A DNA stretch of 64,000 nucleotides from Octopus sinensis (GCF_006345805.1 NC_043000.1:93186001-93250000), one strand, 5' to 3'. Numbered from the stretch's first letter, positions 1-12,060 are shown. Notes: generated from the sequence alone by a model not told the origin. Numbers and translations: made by a program.

Positions 1-260
1 TGAACCATTAAGTTATGGGGACATAGACACACCATCATCGGTTGTCAAGCGATGTTGGGGGGGGGACATACACACACACACACATATCTATACATATACG
101 ATGAGCTTCTTTCAGTTTCCGGCTACCAAATCCACTCACAAGACTTTGGTCAGCCCAAGGCTATAGTAGAAGACACTTGCCCAAGGTGCCACACAGTGGG
201 ACTGAACCTGGAACCATATGGCTGGTAAGCAAGCTACTTACCACATAGCCACTCCTGCGC
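1..260 (-). mobile_element. SINE family A (tRNA-like head, CORE-like segment, internal microsatellite), 5' part; truncated by window start
   Basis: Reverse complement of ggagtggctatgtggtaagtagcttgc...ggcaccttgggcaagtgtcttctactatagcc...gtggatttggtag; matches more than 12 other copies in the window. Confidence 0.9.
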
Positions 261-769
261 TTATATATACTTGTATTTATACTTGAATGCTCAGTTGTCA
301 TATTATTTCTATTGATGCTGCTGATCAGTTTTTAAATCATGCTAGTTCTGCCTTTTACTTCCAGGCTTAATAACATTAATAAGAATAACAGACCAATAGA
401 ATTCTACCATTTTCATACTTTTGAGACAAATCTGTGACTTCTCCCTAAGACAAGATGATTATTGTTGTTACAGAGTTGCTGTCGGTCAGTGGTCTAACCC
501 TGCCATGACCAACTGTTACCTTATATCTTTTCAGGGTCGATGAAATAACTACCAGAAGTATAGGATGTCAATTCTGTAGACTATGCCATTATATGACAAA
601 TTTATGGATTTGTGCCAAAGATAAAAAATATATGCTGTTAATATTGTCGTAGTTATTGCTGACCTTGTTGTTGTTGTTGTTGGGATTGTTGTTCTTGTAG
701 CTGCTGCTTTTCCTTTGGGAATCAATGTCTAATTAATAAGCTTTTTTGAAGTTTCTCGTGCATTTACTG

Positions 770-960
770 AACAAAAAAGATTCCCCCGAGGCAGTCAAAT
801 GTTTGGCAACTTGCATGGCAAAGTGCGCAGAGTGGCATGTTTTGTATTATGTGATGTGGGGGTGACCTGGCGCATCGGAGACACTGATGTACCTGTTTCA
901 GATATTTTTGGGTGTGTTCACAGGAACATTCCCAGCATGCCGTTTTCGACTCAACATACA
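770..960 (-). pseudogene. Possible degenerate Penelope GIY-YIG endonuclease fragment
   Basis: Frameshifted minus-strand peptides ..ISETGTSVSPMRQVTPTSHNTKHATLRTL.. / ..QVAKHLTASGESF resemble YIGETG..LR.R...H.....KHL..CG..F; weak similarity judged by eye. Confidence 0.3.
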
Positions 961-1434
961 TACATAATTCTGTTATCATCATTGCTGACTTACTTTACAT
1001 ACATTCTTACCTTTATATCCACTTAGTCTTCTCTTGAAACCTATTTATCCAATTTACCTAAATATATAATTCCCTTTACTCACCCTGCTCTTATCCACAA
1101 TCTTACCCACTCACCTGTGTCTGTAAACCTCTATTTTTATTTACTACTTACTAACAGCATCTAATCTAACTAAACTCTTACTCAATCTCCTGCTTCTCTA
1201 TCTAAACCATGTCCATAGCCTATTTATCTAAGTTATCTCAAGTAAGTTCCCTTTTATATTTTTTCAATCCCATATCCGTACTCTGTCAATGCTCCCTGTT
1301 TTTTATTTATTCTGTCTTATATTTTGTCATATATTCTAATTACCTTATGCAATCTACCTACACGTAGATACATGTCTGTCTCCTAACTTATGTCACATAC
1401 TCATTTATCTAACTTATTTTTACCCACAGCAGTG

Positions 1435-1565
1435 AAGACGCATGGCCCAGAGGTTAGGATGTGGCACTCAAGATCACAAAATCATGGTTTTGATTCCTGG
1501 ACCAGGTGATGCATTGTGTTCTTGAGCAAACCACTTCATTTCACTTTACCTTGCAATCACAGAGC
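1435..1565 (+). mobile_element. SINE family D head (tRNA-like, ttgtgttcttgagcaa CORE-like motif)
   Basis: gcatggcccagaggttagg...ttgattcctggaccagg...ttgtgttcttgagcaaaccacttcatttcac; homologous to 44255 and 59990. Confidence 0.75.
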
Positions 1566-1989
1566 AGTCTTGATACAACAAAGAAACAAGAATTAAAAAA
1601 ATAAAACATTAGCAATTATATATTTGAAAAACATCAATAGAGAAAGACAGAGAAAGAGATTTCGACATGACCATAAATGAAGACAAGGTTGTACACAAGA
1701 ATGGTTGGTATGAAATACTTGAAAGTCCTCTGTGTGTCATGGCATTGGAAGCAGTTCTGACACATCCAAGAGACAGCAGAGAAGATAAGGTTTTTGAATT
1801 TTCAGTACATGGGTCATCCATCCAAGTTGATCCCCCACTGTTATAGTGTCTGATCTGTCATAGTGTCTCTGGTTAACACTCTTTATTCCACAAAACCTCA
1901 AATCACCTAGAAGTAAGCAACAGATTTTCAGAGAAACATTTCAGTTGTTCAGCTGTCAATATTTGACACTACTATTCTCCATTCCGTGT

Positions 1990-2158
1990 TTCAACTGACT
2001 AGACCAAAATTCTCACACCTGTTCTATAATATCATTCTAAGAATAAACAATTAAGTCGTTGAAATCTTAAAGCTATGAGATAATACACAGTTAATTCAAA
2101 ACAATGGGAATAAATAAGCATTACATTTCACAAAGCAGTCTGAATGCTAAAGTGTTAA
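1990..2158 (+). mobile_element. piggyBac-like (TTAA) MITE, right part
   Basis: Ends ...ctgaatgctaaagtgTTAA; homologous to 5287-5494 and 25096-25257. Confidence 0.7.
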
Positions 2159-2239
2159 AAAATCTGCTGCACTGCACAATTGCAGTGTTCTGCAGTGTTC
2201 AGACAGACAAACTGAGCCCAGTACTTATTTTGGATCTTT

Positions 2240-2646
2240 ACCTTTTGACCTACAGATTTAAAGAATAATTTTTTGTAACTAAACACTTTCAAACTTCCAA
2301 CACTTGTGGAATGTGTCATACAAAATATTTTTATTCTTAGCATTTTTGAAAAAAACTTATATTTATGAAGTAATTTTACGTCAAAGTAGACCTATTTCGG
2401 TAATTTCAACCAATCAATGACATGTATTCAGCTGAATAAAATTACTGCTATTGTTTGTCAACAAGAACTTCTGGTGGTGTATTTTTCGTTTGTCACTGTT
2501 ATTCATGACAACCCTAACCCTAAAACCTTAACCCTAACCCGAACCCTAAAACCCTAAAATCCTAACCTTAAAACCTTAAAGCTAAAACCAGTACAAACGA
2601 ACGAATGATATCATAAATAACAGTGACAAATGAAAAATACACCACC
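2240..2646. mobile_element. Non-autonomous DNA element with 36-bp inverted repeats enclosing a degenerate telomere-like (CCCTAA)n tract
   Basis: IR arms 2473-2508 and 2611-2646 (34/36 complementary); accctaaccctaaaaccttaaccctaacccg.. lies between them. Confidence 0.6.
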
Positions 2647-2755
2647 GATAGAATAAGGACTAGGCTTACAAAGAATAAGTCCTGGGGTCTATTTGCTCAA
2701 CTAAAGGCAGTGCTCCAGCATGGCCGCAGTCAAATGACTGAAACAAATAAAAGAA
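2645..2755 (+). mobile_element. SINE family A 3' half
   Basis: ccgatagaataagg..ggcttacaaagaataagtcctggggtc..ccagcatggccgcagtcaaatgactgaaacaa. Confidence 0.85.
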
Positions 2756-3559
2756 TATTTTTTATAAGCTACTAATAGTTTCATACATAAAACAGCTCAG
2801 ACAGCATCTTATAACACCTCCAATTCTTTCTCTACTTTTCCCCTTCCTCTCCACATGGTATCTCTCCTTAACCCTAGTTCTACTCTTACTCCTCCAATTC
2901 CTTCTCTACCTCCTCCTTTCCCCTTGACATGGCATCTCTCCTTATTCCTACGCTTACTTTGCCATTCTCCTCCTACTCCTCTGCCATTCTCCTCCTACCA
3001 TATATCACCACTAAGCCGCAACTACATGACTTTGCTGTGGCAGTTAATGTTTTCCTTCCTTTCTTCCTTTCTTTCTTTGTTCCTTTCTTCCTTCCTCTCT
3101 TTCCCCCTTCTTCTCTCCCACACTCTCTCTCTCTCTCTCTCTCTCTCTCACCGCTTAATAATGTTATGGCTGTCTCACTTAACCCTTGACTAAGCTGTAA
3201 CTATGTTAATTGACACCCCACCTCTCTCCCTCTCCACTCTCTCTCTCTCTCTCTTTCTCTCCCCTTCTCTTTCCCTCTCCCTCCCTACATAGCAGATAAA
3301 CGGTGATGATGGAATAAACAGTTATGGGTAACAAACAACAACAACAATAATAACCAATAGCAGCAACAACAATTAAAAGCAGTCATAACAACAACAACAA
3401 CAACAATAACAACAGCAGCAACATCTATGAGAATTGCTGCTGCTGCAGCAGCCACAAAAACAATAACTGCAACAACAATTAAAACTAGTCATAAGCAATG
3501 ACAACAACAACAACAACAACAAAAACAATAACCACAATAATAAAAAGAAGAATAACACA

Positions 3560-3870
3560 AATAGTAATTAGTGTTTCTAATTTAGAAACAAGGGCAACAA
3601 TTTTGTGGTGTATGGGTTAGTCAATTATGCCAACCCCAGTGCTAGATTAGTACTATATTTTATTGACGCCGGAAGGATGAAAGGCAAAGTTGACCTAGGC
3701 GGGATTTGAACTCAGAATGTAAGGAGCCAGAACAAATACCACCAAGTATGTTTTTTTTTCCAATGCTTCAATGATTCTGCCACCTTGTCACATTTCATTT
3801 CTGATGTACGGCACAAGGCCTGCAATTCTGAGGATATGAATTTAGTTGATATTAATTCCAATAATAATAA
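3560..3870 (-). mobile_element. SINE family C (ggcggtgagctggcagaa head)
   Basis: ggatgaaaggcaaagttgacctaggcgggatttgaactcagaatg..ttctgccaccttg; many homologues in the window. Confidence 0.8.
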
Positions 3871-3894
3871 TAATAATAAATATAATAAAGGGCA

Positions 3895-4386
3895 AGTAGG
3901 CACTGGCATGACTGTGTAGTAAGAAACCTGCTTCTCAAACACATGGTTCCAGGTTCAATTACACTACATAGCACTTTGGGCAAGAGTCTTTTACTATATT
4001 TTTTTATTTATGCATCCTTTTCAAGCCTAGCCAGGCTTATGGGTCTGGTTTCTCGGTTTCTACGGCATATATGTTCCCCCAGTTGGATGGGACGCTAGTC
4101 CATCACAGCGTTACTCAAGAAACAGGAAGAAAGAGTGAGAGAAAGTTGGGATGAAAGAGTACAATAGGGATCGCGACCACCCCCTGCTGGAGCCTTGTGG
4201 AACTTTAAGGTGTTTTTGCCCAATAAACACACACAACACCCGGTCTGGGAATCGAAACCACGATCCTCCAACCGCGAGTCCGCTGCCCTAACCTCTGGGC
4301 CATTGTGCTGCCACATCTTCTACTATAGCCTCAAGTTAACCAAGGCCTTGTGAGTGGATTTGATAGACAGAGACTGAATGAAATCT

Positions 4387-4428
<42 letters not shown>

Positions 4429-5010
4429 CATTTATATTTATATATGATGTATTTCAGGATGGTCTTTTTGGGGTTTTTTTGTCAAATAAACATATGTACT
4501 ATACATTTGTTCTTTGCTCATTTATTACTCTTCTTATTTTTTTTTTTTTAACTAATGTCCATTGTCCAGAAATCTTTTCTCACACATCTGTGACCTCTTC
4601 AGCAATACTTTTCATTTTCATGTGTGCTCTTGCTCCACTTACTCCATTCTGTTCTTCTAAAATGTGTATCCTTGTGTGTACATGCATTTGCATCTGTGTT
4701 TTTGTTTGTGTGTGTGCATGTGTGTGTGTGTATGCTTATGGGTGTGCTGTTCTTATATATGATGACATAGATAGCTAGACTGATATAGATATATATATAT
4801 ATATGTTTGTGTGTCTTTGTGAATGTGTTTTTTCCCCAGCACTGCTTGACATCCAATTTACATACTTGTAACTTAGTGGTTTGGCAAAGAGACTGATAGA
4901 ATTAGTTACAGGGTTTAAAAATAAGTACTGGGTCGACTTATTCCACTAAACCTTAAAGGTGGTGACCCACATGGCTGCAATCCTACGAATGAATCAAGTA
5001 GAAAAAAATA
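3895..5010 (+). mobile_element. SINE family A split by a nested SINE B (3999-4313) and a further insertion (about 4430-4780)
   Basis: Head 3895-3998, resumes 4316-4390, 3' half 4800-5010. Confidence 0.75.
3999..4313 (-). mobile_element. SINE family B, full length, with 12-bp TSD
   Basis: Minus-strand head with Pol III A/B-box-like tggcccagaggttagg / ggtttcgattc; A-rich tail; TSD tcttttactata (3987-3998) / tcttctactata (4316-4327). Confidence 0.85.
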
Positions 5011-5129
5011 TGAAAATAAGATAAAAAAATCAAGAGGTGACCTCAGAATGTTAAGAGCTAGATGAAATATCACAAAGCATTTTTTCTGACACACTAACAA
5101 TTTTGCCAAAGCTAGCTCTTAGCTAATGA

Positions 5130-5540
5130 TAACAGTTATTTCTAATAAAGGCACAAAGCATGAAATATTTGGGGGAAAGGGTCAATCAATTACATCGATC
5201 CCAGTACTTGACTGGGGCTTATTTCATCAACTCCAAAAGGATCAAAGGTAAAGTCAACCTTGACAGCATTTGAACTCAAAATATTACCCTTTGGCCAAAT
5301 CCAGGCAAAATATTCTACTTGTTTTATGATCAAATTCATCAGATCCAACCCCTCACATCTATCCTATGATGGTATTTTAAAAATAAACAATGACCTCATT
5401 GAAATCTCAAAGTTATGAGATAATGCATGATTAATTCAAAGTGATTTAAATGAATAAGCAACAGATTTGACAGAGTAATCTGAATGCTGAAGAGATAAAG
5501 GAGGAAGAAATGCCGCTAAGCATTTTGTCCATAATTAGTG
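5130..5540 (-). mobile_element. SINE family C interrupted by a piggyBac-like MITE at 5287-5494
   Basis: SINE sequence ..atttgaactcaaaata breaks at tta-ccctttgg and resumes after ..ctgaatgctgaagag-ataa with aggaggaagaaatgccgctaagcatttt. Confidence 0.7.
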
Positions 5541-5559
5541 AAAACCAACCTACATATTA

Positions 5560-6900
5560 ATAACAGAACCAAACTGCATGCAGCTGACAGATTTCTAATA
5601 TGATGCAATCCTGCACATGCAAAACAACCCTTCATAAACACACATTACAGAATAGAGAATGCAGCTCACAACATCATATCTGACAAAATTTCTTGAGAAA
5701 GAGGTCTTAACCCCAAAATATTGAAATACAAAATAAAAGTACATACCATCATCTTGTAATTTCTTATAACTTGCATTGTTTGGGCTTAAAAAGATTTTGT
5801 CAGCTTGCTGCCTTAGATAGCCATTATAATGACACAGCAGTTGTCATGAGTAAGTCAACTAGATATAGCAGGGTACTCAGCAACTGTCATTCCCATGACT
5901 TTTTCCTCATGTATGTGATGACAGACTTATTTCAACATCTCACAAAGAGGCCATTGAAATATACAACATTCAAGATACAATGTTCAATAACGTTGATGAA
6001 CACATAAAACTTGAAGTGGTGCATCCCAATATCTGCAGTTCCTTATCACTGCTTGATTTTGAACACCACCTAATAGAGAATGTATCCATTGCCATTAACT
6101 TTTAGAGAAAATCCACATGCAGGGTTCTAATGGGTAATAATTCATCCCTACCCATCAGAAATAAGATGAGATCCATTGGATATGCAATAAGAGCAGTGAG
6201 ACAAGAGACAAAAAGCTCATCATTTTACAATTTCAAAATGTGCTAATGGCAAGCCACACTCTATCACAGATCCAAAGACATCCAGCAACAACCCACACAT
6301 CCAGAGATAATGTGCTTTTTTGAAACTACCAGGTTTTAACGTAGGGAAGGACTGCATACATGATAAGTATACTCCAGATCACCCTAAGGAGGGTCTGAAC
6401 CTAAAACAAGACAGCATAAAATATCACCATATGTACATTGCCCAACTGCCCAATCAATTAAGAAATTATATGTTTGCTGTACCACATGGTGTGTAAAATC
6501 ACATGTAGCAAATGTAATGAGTCCTACATCAGAAGTACCATCAGACAAGTACGCATACAGGTTAAAGAACAACTCTACACTAATTCTTTTTTCATTAAAA
6601 AAAATACCCACGAAATGTCATACCTAAAATGTCCAGGTGCCCACCAAAAGCACAGAAGGAAACATTGGGAAACAAAGAGTAAAAGAGGCCATCATAATTA
6701 GCAAAAGCAATGCTGTCCTGCACATACAAAGCAACCCTTTGTACATTACTGAATAGAGAATTCAGCTCACAGTACCATATCTCCCAAACTTGTAGAAGAG
6801 TCCTAACACTGAAATATTGAAATACAAAATTAAAGTACACACCACCATCTTATAATTTATTATAGCATGCAGCATTGTTTTGGTTTTAAAAAGTTAAAAG
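5560..6900 (+). mobile_element. Penelope-like retroelement relic: RT C-terminal region, Cys-rich linker and GIY-YIG endonuclease, with a duplicated 3' segment upstream
   Basis: 5881-6200 reads HVCDDRLISTSHKE..MFNNVDEHIKLEVVHPNICSSLSLLDF (YVDD/FN.....IKF..E....L.FLD type); 6440-6560 reads CTLPNCPIN..MVCKITCSKCNESYIRSTIRQ (GIY-YIG); 5600-5800 is a diverged direct repeat of 6705-6895. Confidence 0.8.
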
Positions 6901-6948
6901 ATATATCCATATTAGACAATGTTTCATGCAAACCATGCAGCTCTAATA

Positions 6949-7640
<692 letters not shown>

Positions 7641-7679
7641 TTAGATAATGAGTGTAGAAATTGATATTAATCAAATAAA

Positions 7680-8052
7680 ACCAGTGGTTTAGCATATTTG
7701 GTTGATGCTAGTTCCTGACTGGTTCCTGTGTCGGTGGCACATAAAAAGCATCATCCCAACATGGTCGATTTCGGTACCCACTGACTGGCTCCTGTGCCAG
7801 TGGCATGTGAAAAGCACCATCTGAATGTGGTCGATTCCAGTGCAACCTGACTGGCTCCTATGCCGTTGGCAGGTAAAAATCACCCTGTACACTCTCGGAA
7901 TGGTTGATGTTAAGAAGGGCATGCAGCTGTAGAAACCTTGACAGATCAAATTGGAGCCTGATGCAGCCTACTGGCTTGCCAGCCCTCAGTCAAACCGTCC
8001 AGCCCAAGCGAGCATGGAAAATGGACATTAAACAATGATGATGATGATGATA
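7680..8052 (+). mobile_element. Repeat family E (LINE-tail-like, (GAT)n 3' end, tandem ~63-bp hairpin modules)
   Basis: ..gactggctcctgtgccagtggcatgtgaaaagcacc.. x3, then ttaagaagggcatgcagctgtagaaacc..gcatggaaaatggacattaaacaatgatgatgat; homologues at 10020, 33670, 44605, 50945, 61135. Confidence 0.85.
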
Positions 8053-8331
8053 CAGAAGGAGAGAGAGATCTGTAGGTATGTGTATATATCTGTGTGTATA
8101 TCTGTGTGTGTGTGTGTTGATATACATGAGGTTTAGCAATATGAACTGGTAAACAGAACTCAAAACATGAGTATATATATTTGACGCATTTGATGAGTGC
8201 CACTGCTTGAGTCACTCTGTAACTTCCATCAATTAAATCACTTTTAATTATTTTTGTACGCATTTGTATAAATATTGGTCTTCAGTTCTCTCCCTGCACT
8301 CTCATTTTCTCTCATATGCCCATATCTCTCT

Positions 8332-8364
<33 letters not shown>

Positions 8365-9149
8365 CTTATTTCTTTTCCTTATTGCACATTATTATAACTG
8401 CAAAGAAAAGTTACCTGCTCAGTGCTTAACAAAAAATAAATTTAAAAAACAAAGAATGAAACATCAGCACCACCACCATTAGCAACAACAACAGCAACAA
8501 CAACAACAACAACAACAACAATGAAGAAAAACAACATTATCACGAGAAACAATATCAGCTTTCATCACCCTCACCAACAATACCGACAGATCAACAACAT
8601 CAAAGAGAACCCAAATATAACTTCATCCACACTCACAACAATATCACAGAGCTCGACATATCAGGAATATTTGGTTCTGTAATTATTCGACAGTCATTCA
8701 ATTGACTTTTTGTTCACATCACTTTGTCTGGTTCATTCCACGAGAAACTTTTCTGGCGCTACATAGACGACACCAACCAATCAACAAGCTATCTCAACTT
8801 GCACATACATACATACATACATAGACATGCTTGTTCAAGAAAATTTACACACACTCTCTTGTACATATAGGTATAAAGGTAGATGCATATAGAAAAAACT
8901 CTTACATAGGGAGAAAGAGAGAGAGAGAGAGAGAGGCTCACAGATACACCCAAACACATATATGCAAATATTCAAACCCATAGATAGATTAACTGATAGA
9001 TATCATCCATGTGTGTGTATGTGTCTATGTATGCCTATATATGAGTATGTGTGTATACCTATATACATTTATACATGTGTGTGTGTAAATATATATATTT
9101 ATATATATACATGTGTGCGTGTGTGTATGTATGAATATATGTAGATATT

Positions 9150-9330
9150 AACAAGTGAAACTATGGTACGTGGGTAATCATTTTTAATTTTGTATATTTT
9201 CATTTGTCATGCTTATTTTTACATTTGGGCATTTTGCTTCGATTTTTTCTGGAGAACACATTCTTCGTGGTAATGACAATTTGACGTCTATGTTTAGTAT
9301 ATAGGGTGTCCATTTTAGTGGTCGTTCTTC
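9150..9330 (-). repeat. Unclassified dispersed repeat F (divergent copy of 27305-27470 and 28505-28660)
   Basis: rc ..gaacgaccactaaaatggacaccc..gtcattaccacgaagaatgtgttctccag..gcatgacaaatgaaaa aligns with gggatgaccactacgtggacatcc..gtcttaccactaagaaagg. Confidence 0.6.
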
Positions 9331-9462
9331 TTAATTTTGTGTATATATATATATATATTGATAAAAATGGTAAGACAATGAAAGAAGGAAAGAGACCTCG
9401 ATATTATGTAAATAGAGGAATTTTCCTGTAAATGTAATATGTTAAAATTATTCAGTAGCTAT

Positions 9463-9523
9463 GATAAAACTCTGAGTTTCAGATGCTGAGGTGGAAATCC
9501 ATGCTGCCATCTCTTCAGTTATC
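9463..9523 (-). ncRNA. Minimal type I hammerhead ribozyme relic (Penelope pLTR-type)
   Basis: Minus strand GATAA-CTGAAGA-GATG..CATC-T-GAAA-CTCAGAG-TT-TTATC: 5-bp stem I, 4-bp stem II base, near-palindromic stem III ACTC-A-GAGT. Confidence 0.65.
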
Positions 9524-9730
9524 CGGTTATCGGATATATGTATATATACAGTATATATACATATATGTATATGTGTGTGTGTGTGTAGAATAATTCAGGT
9601 AAAAAATTTGTAACATGCTTTCAAGAGCTCTTATGCCATTGTTTGGCTACCAGATGTTATTCTACAATAGGATATTTGCCAGGGCTGGATACACATGTGG
9701 AGCTCCTCAGTCCATAAGATTAATATAAGA

Positions 9731-9806
9731 ATAACATAACACAAGGATGGAGGATATCATTCTTTAATTAAAGCCTGATATCCTCCATCACCTTGTTGTA
9801 TTATAC
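9731..9806. repeat. Near-perfect palindrome / foldback hairpin
   Basis: GATGGAGGATATCA (9746-59) / TGATATCCTCCATC (9776-89) with a central CTTTAATTAAAG palindrome and imperfect outer arms. Confidence 0.85.
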
Positions 9807-10602
9807 TTATACACATATGTATATGTATGTATATGAATATATAAATATACATATATATATATATATTCTTTTATTCTTTTACTTGTTTCATTTTGACCGT
9901 GGCCATGCCAGAGCACTACCTTAAAGAGTTTTAGTTGAAGAAATCAACCCCAAGACTTATTCTTTGTAGGCCTAGTACATATATATACATACATATTTAT
10001 ATAGATATACATGTATATATCATCATCATCATCATCGTCGTTTAGCGTCCGTTTTCCATGCTAGCATGGGTTGGACGGTTCTACTGGGGTCTGTGAAGCC
10101 AGAAGGCTTCATCAGGCCCAGTCAAATCTGGCATCTATATAAATATGTTTGTATATATATGTATGCATATATGTGTATTTGTATGTAGATGCTTGTGTGT
10201 GTGTGACCAAGTTTAGGTACTTTGCTGAGTTCATGAAAATGGTTTTTGATTGAAATGAAACTTAAACTGTATTCATTCCTTTAGTGTATCTCTGCAGAAT
10301 TTCTATCAAATTTAGAGTCACCACCAAAAGTTATGATATTTCATAATATGAATATTTCTATGTAAACAATACAATCAAAGATAGAAAAATAGGTAATTGG
10401 TGTATATGCATATTTCAGGAGTTATTACTGTTTCATCAGAACCACATCCAATCCATTGAATATCCTCAAATACATTGCTTAAAGAGCCATTTAATTTAGT
10501 CAAATAACATAACTGGATAGACCAATTTACACATTAAAAACATCCTTGGCAACTGGTATGTCCATATAGAAAATCTATTGAGATACACTTAGAAAATGAA
10601 GC

Positions 10603-10682
10603 AATGCACTGCTAACACAAATGAAAACAATGCACTGCTAGCACAAAGTAACACAATGCACTGCTAACACTGCTAACACAAG
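10603..10682 (+). repeat. Short tandem repeat aatgcactgcta(a/g)caca x3 plus a partial unit
   Basis: Seen directly; period about 25 bp. Confidence 0.85.
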
Positions 10683-11094
10683 TAGTGACTTGTAAACCTT
10701 TTATACGTTTTGTAGTATATTATGGCTGCAAAATGAAATATGGTGTCCCTACCAGCATTAGATTGCACTGTTTTGCCAATTCTCAAATAATTTGTTTTGA
10801 AATTTCCTCAACAATATTATTCAGAAGCTCAATATTGACCCAAAACAGTCATCGAGATTGAGAAGAATTTGTGAGCGAAAAATTTCCTGAGTGACATTAG
10901 CCTGTTTGGACACTTAAATTTTTATTTCCATAGATGTAATAAATATTTCTTATTATTTCCATTGCTTAAGAAACCCTTTTTGAATTTATACAGTATGTAT
11001 GGGTTTTATTTAAACATTTTTTAAAAGGGTAAAATCAATATGAATATATCAACTATGGCATAAATTAGTCTGGAAAGAAAGGGAAAAATATTAG

Positions 11095-11187
11095 ACTCTT
11101 TTACTCTTTTACTTGTTTCAGTCATTTGACTGCGGCCATGCTGGAGCACCGCCTTTAGTCGAGCAAATCAACCCCAGGACTTATTCT
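11095..11187 (-). mobile_element. SINE family A 3' tail
   Basis: cttttacttgtttcagtcatttgactgcggccatgctggagcaccgcctttagtcgagcaaatc. Confidence 0.85.
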
Positions 11188-11809
11188 ATGATCAAGTTGT
11201 GTTGTTTTAAACAATTACTCAAAAGTCAATCTGATGCATAAATTTGGTTTTGAAAGTAAGCTCTTCAATTATGTATACACATATAATACATACCTACCTA
11301 CATATGATGGATTTTCCTCTCAATATTGATGTCCAAAGGTCAAAACAGCTGTTTTGAGTTTGTTTTCTTTCATTATTTTTTCTGATATCTATGTAACTTT
11401 GATCTAATGAGATTTTAATCCTGCCAATTATTAAAAGAAATCCACAGACTGGATATGAGAGACGATAGTTAACAAAGTGGCTAACATGTTAGGTCAAAAC
11501 GTTGTCTCTACTCTCTATCCTTTAAGACAATCCAGATATCTTAATCCATAGATTTTTTCTATAGATTTATATCAAGTTAACCTCCTCTCATTATTATTCA
11601 ATACAATCTTTAAAAAGGTTTCTGATTATTGTTATATATTTGATGTCCTTATTAACTATGAATCTTTTTATCGTATATTTTTGTGGTTCAAAATTGTCCT
11701 TCATTGAAATACTATTTCTCAGTGTTGAACATGTTTAGGGTTTCTTGGCTTATGGTGGTTTTGTTTATATTCCATACATTGATACTTTGGGATTATCCTA
11801 AACTTTCAA

Positions 11810-12060
11810 ATTAGCTTTGAGTTTGTACTAGTACCTCATCCATGGTCTGTCTTTGTTTCTCCTTCCATCATTGTGCTGGCTATACATAAGCACTTTTGGA
11901 AGTCTGTTGTCACTCATTCAGATGACATTTTTTGTTCCGAAAGCATCTTTCTTATCTTCCATTTTAAAGGGTTACAGAATTAACACAGGTTATAGGAACA
12001 TAAACCTTCTTCCACGAAAAGATAGCTTAAACTATCCAATTATGGCCAATTCATCTTAAT
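11810..12060 (-). pseudogene. Degenerate RTE-type LINE C-terminal fragment
   Basis: Minus peptide ..NVI*MSDNRLPKVLMYSQHNDGRRNKDRPWMRY*YKLKANLK resembles GHV.RM.D.RLPK..LY....G.R..GRP..RW.D.LK. Confidence 0.55.

Noticed and set aside
1628-1846. Protein-like open frame (MTINEDKVVHKNGWYEILESPL..VDPPLL)
   Set aside because: No recognisable homology and no convincing splice sites; the length is compatible with chance.
7720-7900. Regularly spaced short repeats superficially like a CRISPR array
   Set aside because: The units are homologous over their whole length, with no unique spacers, and are part of a dispersed eukaryotic repeat.
8745-8775. FWRYIDD motif resembling a Penelope RT catalytic motif
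   Set aside because: Only about 8 codons; the flanking frame shows no RT similarity.
11455-11515. agagac..aaaacgtt-gtctct hammerhead-like arrangement
   Set aside because: Stem I and AACGTT are present, but there is no CUGANGA core.
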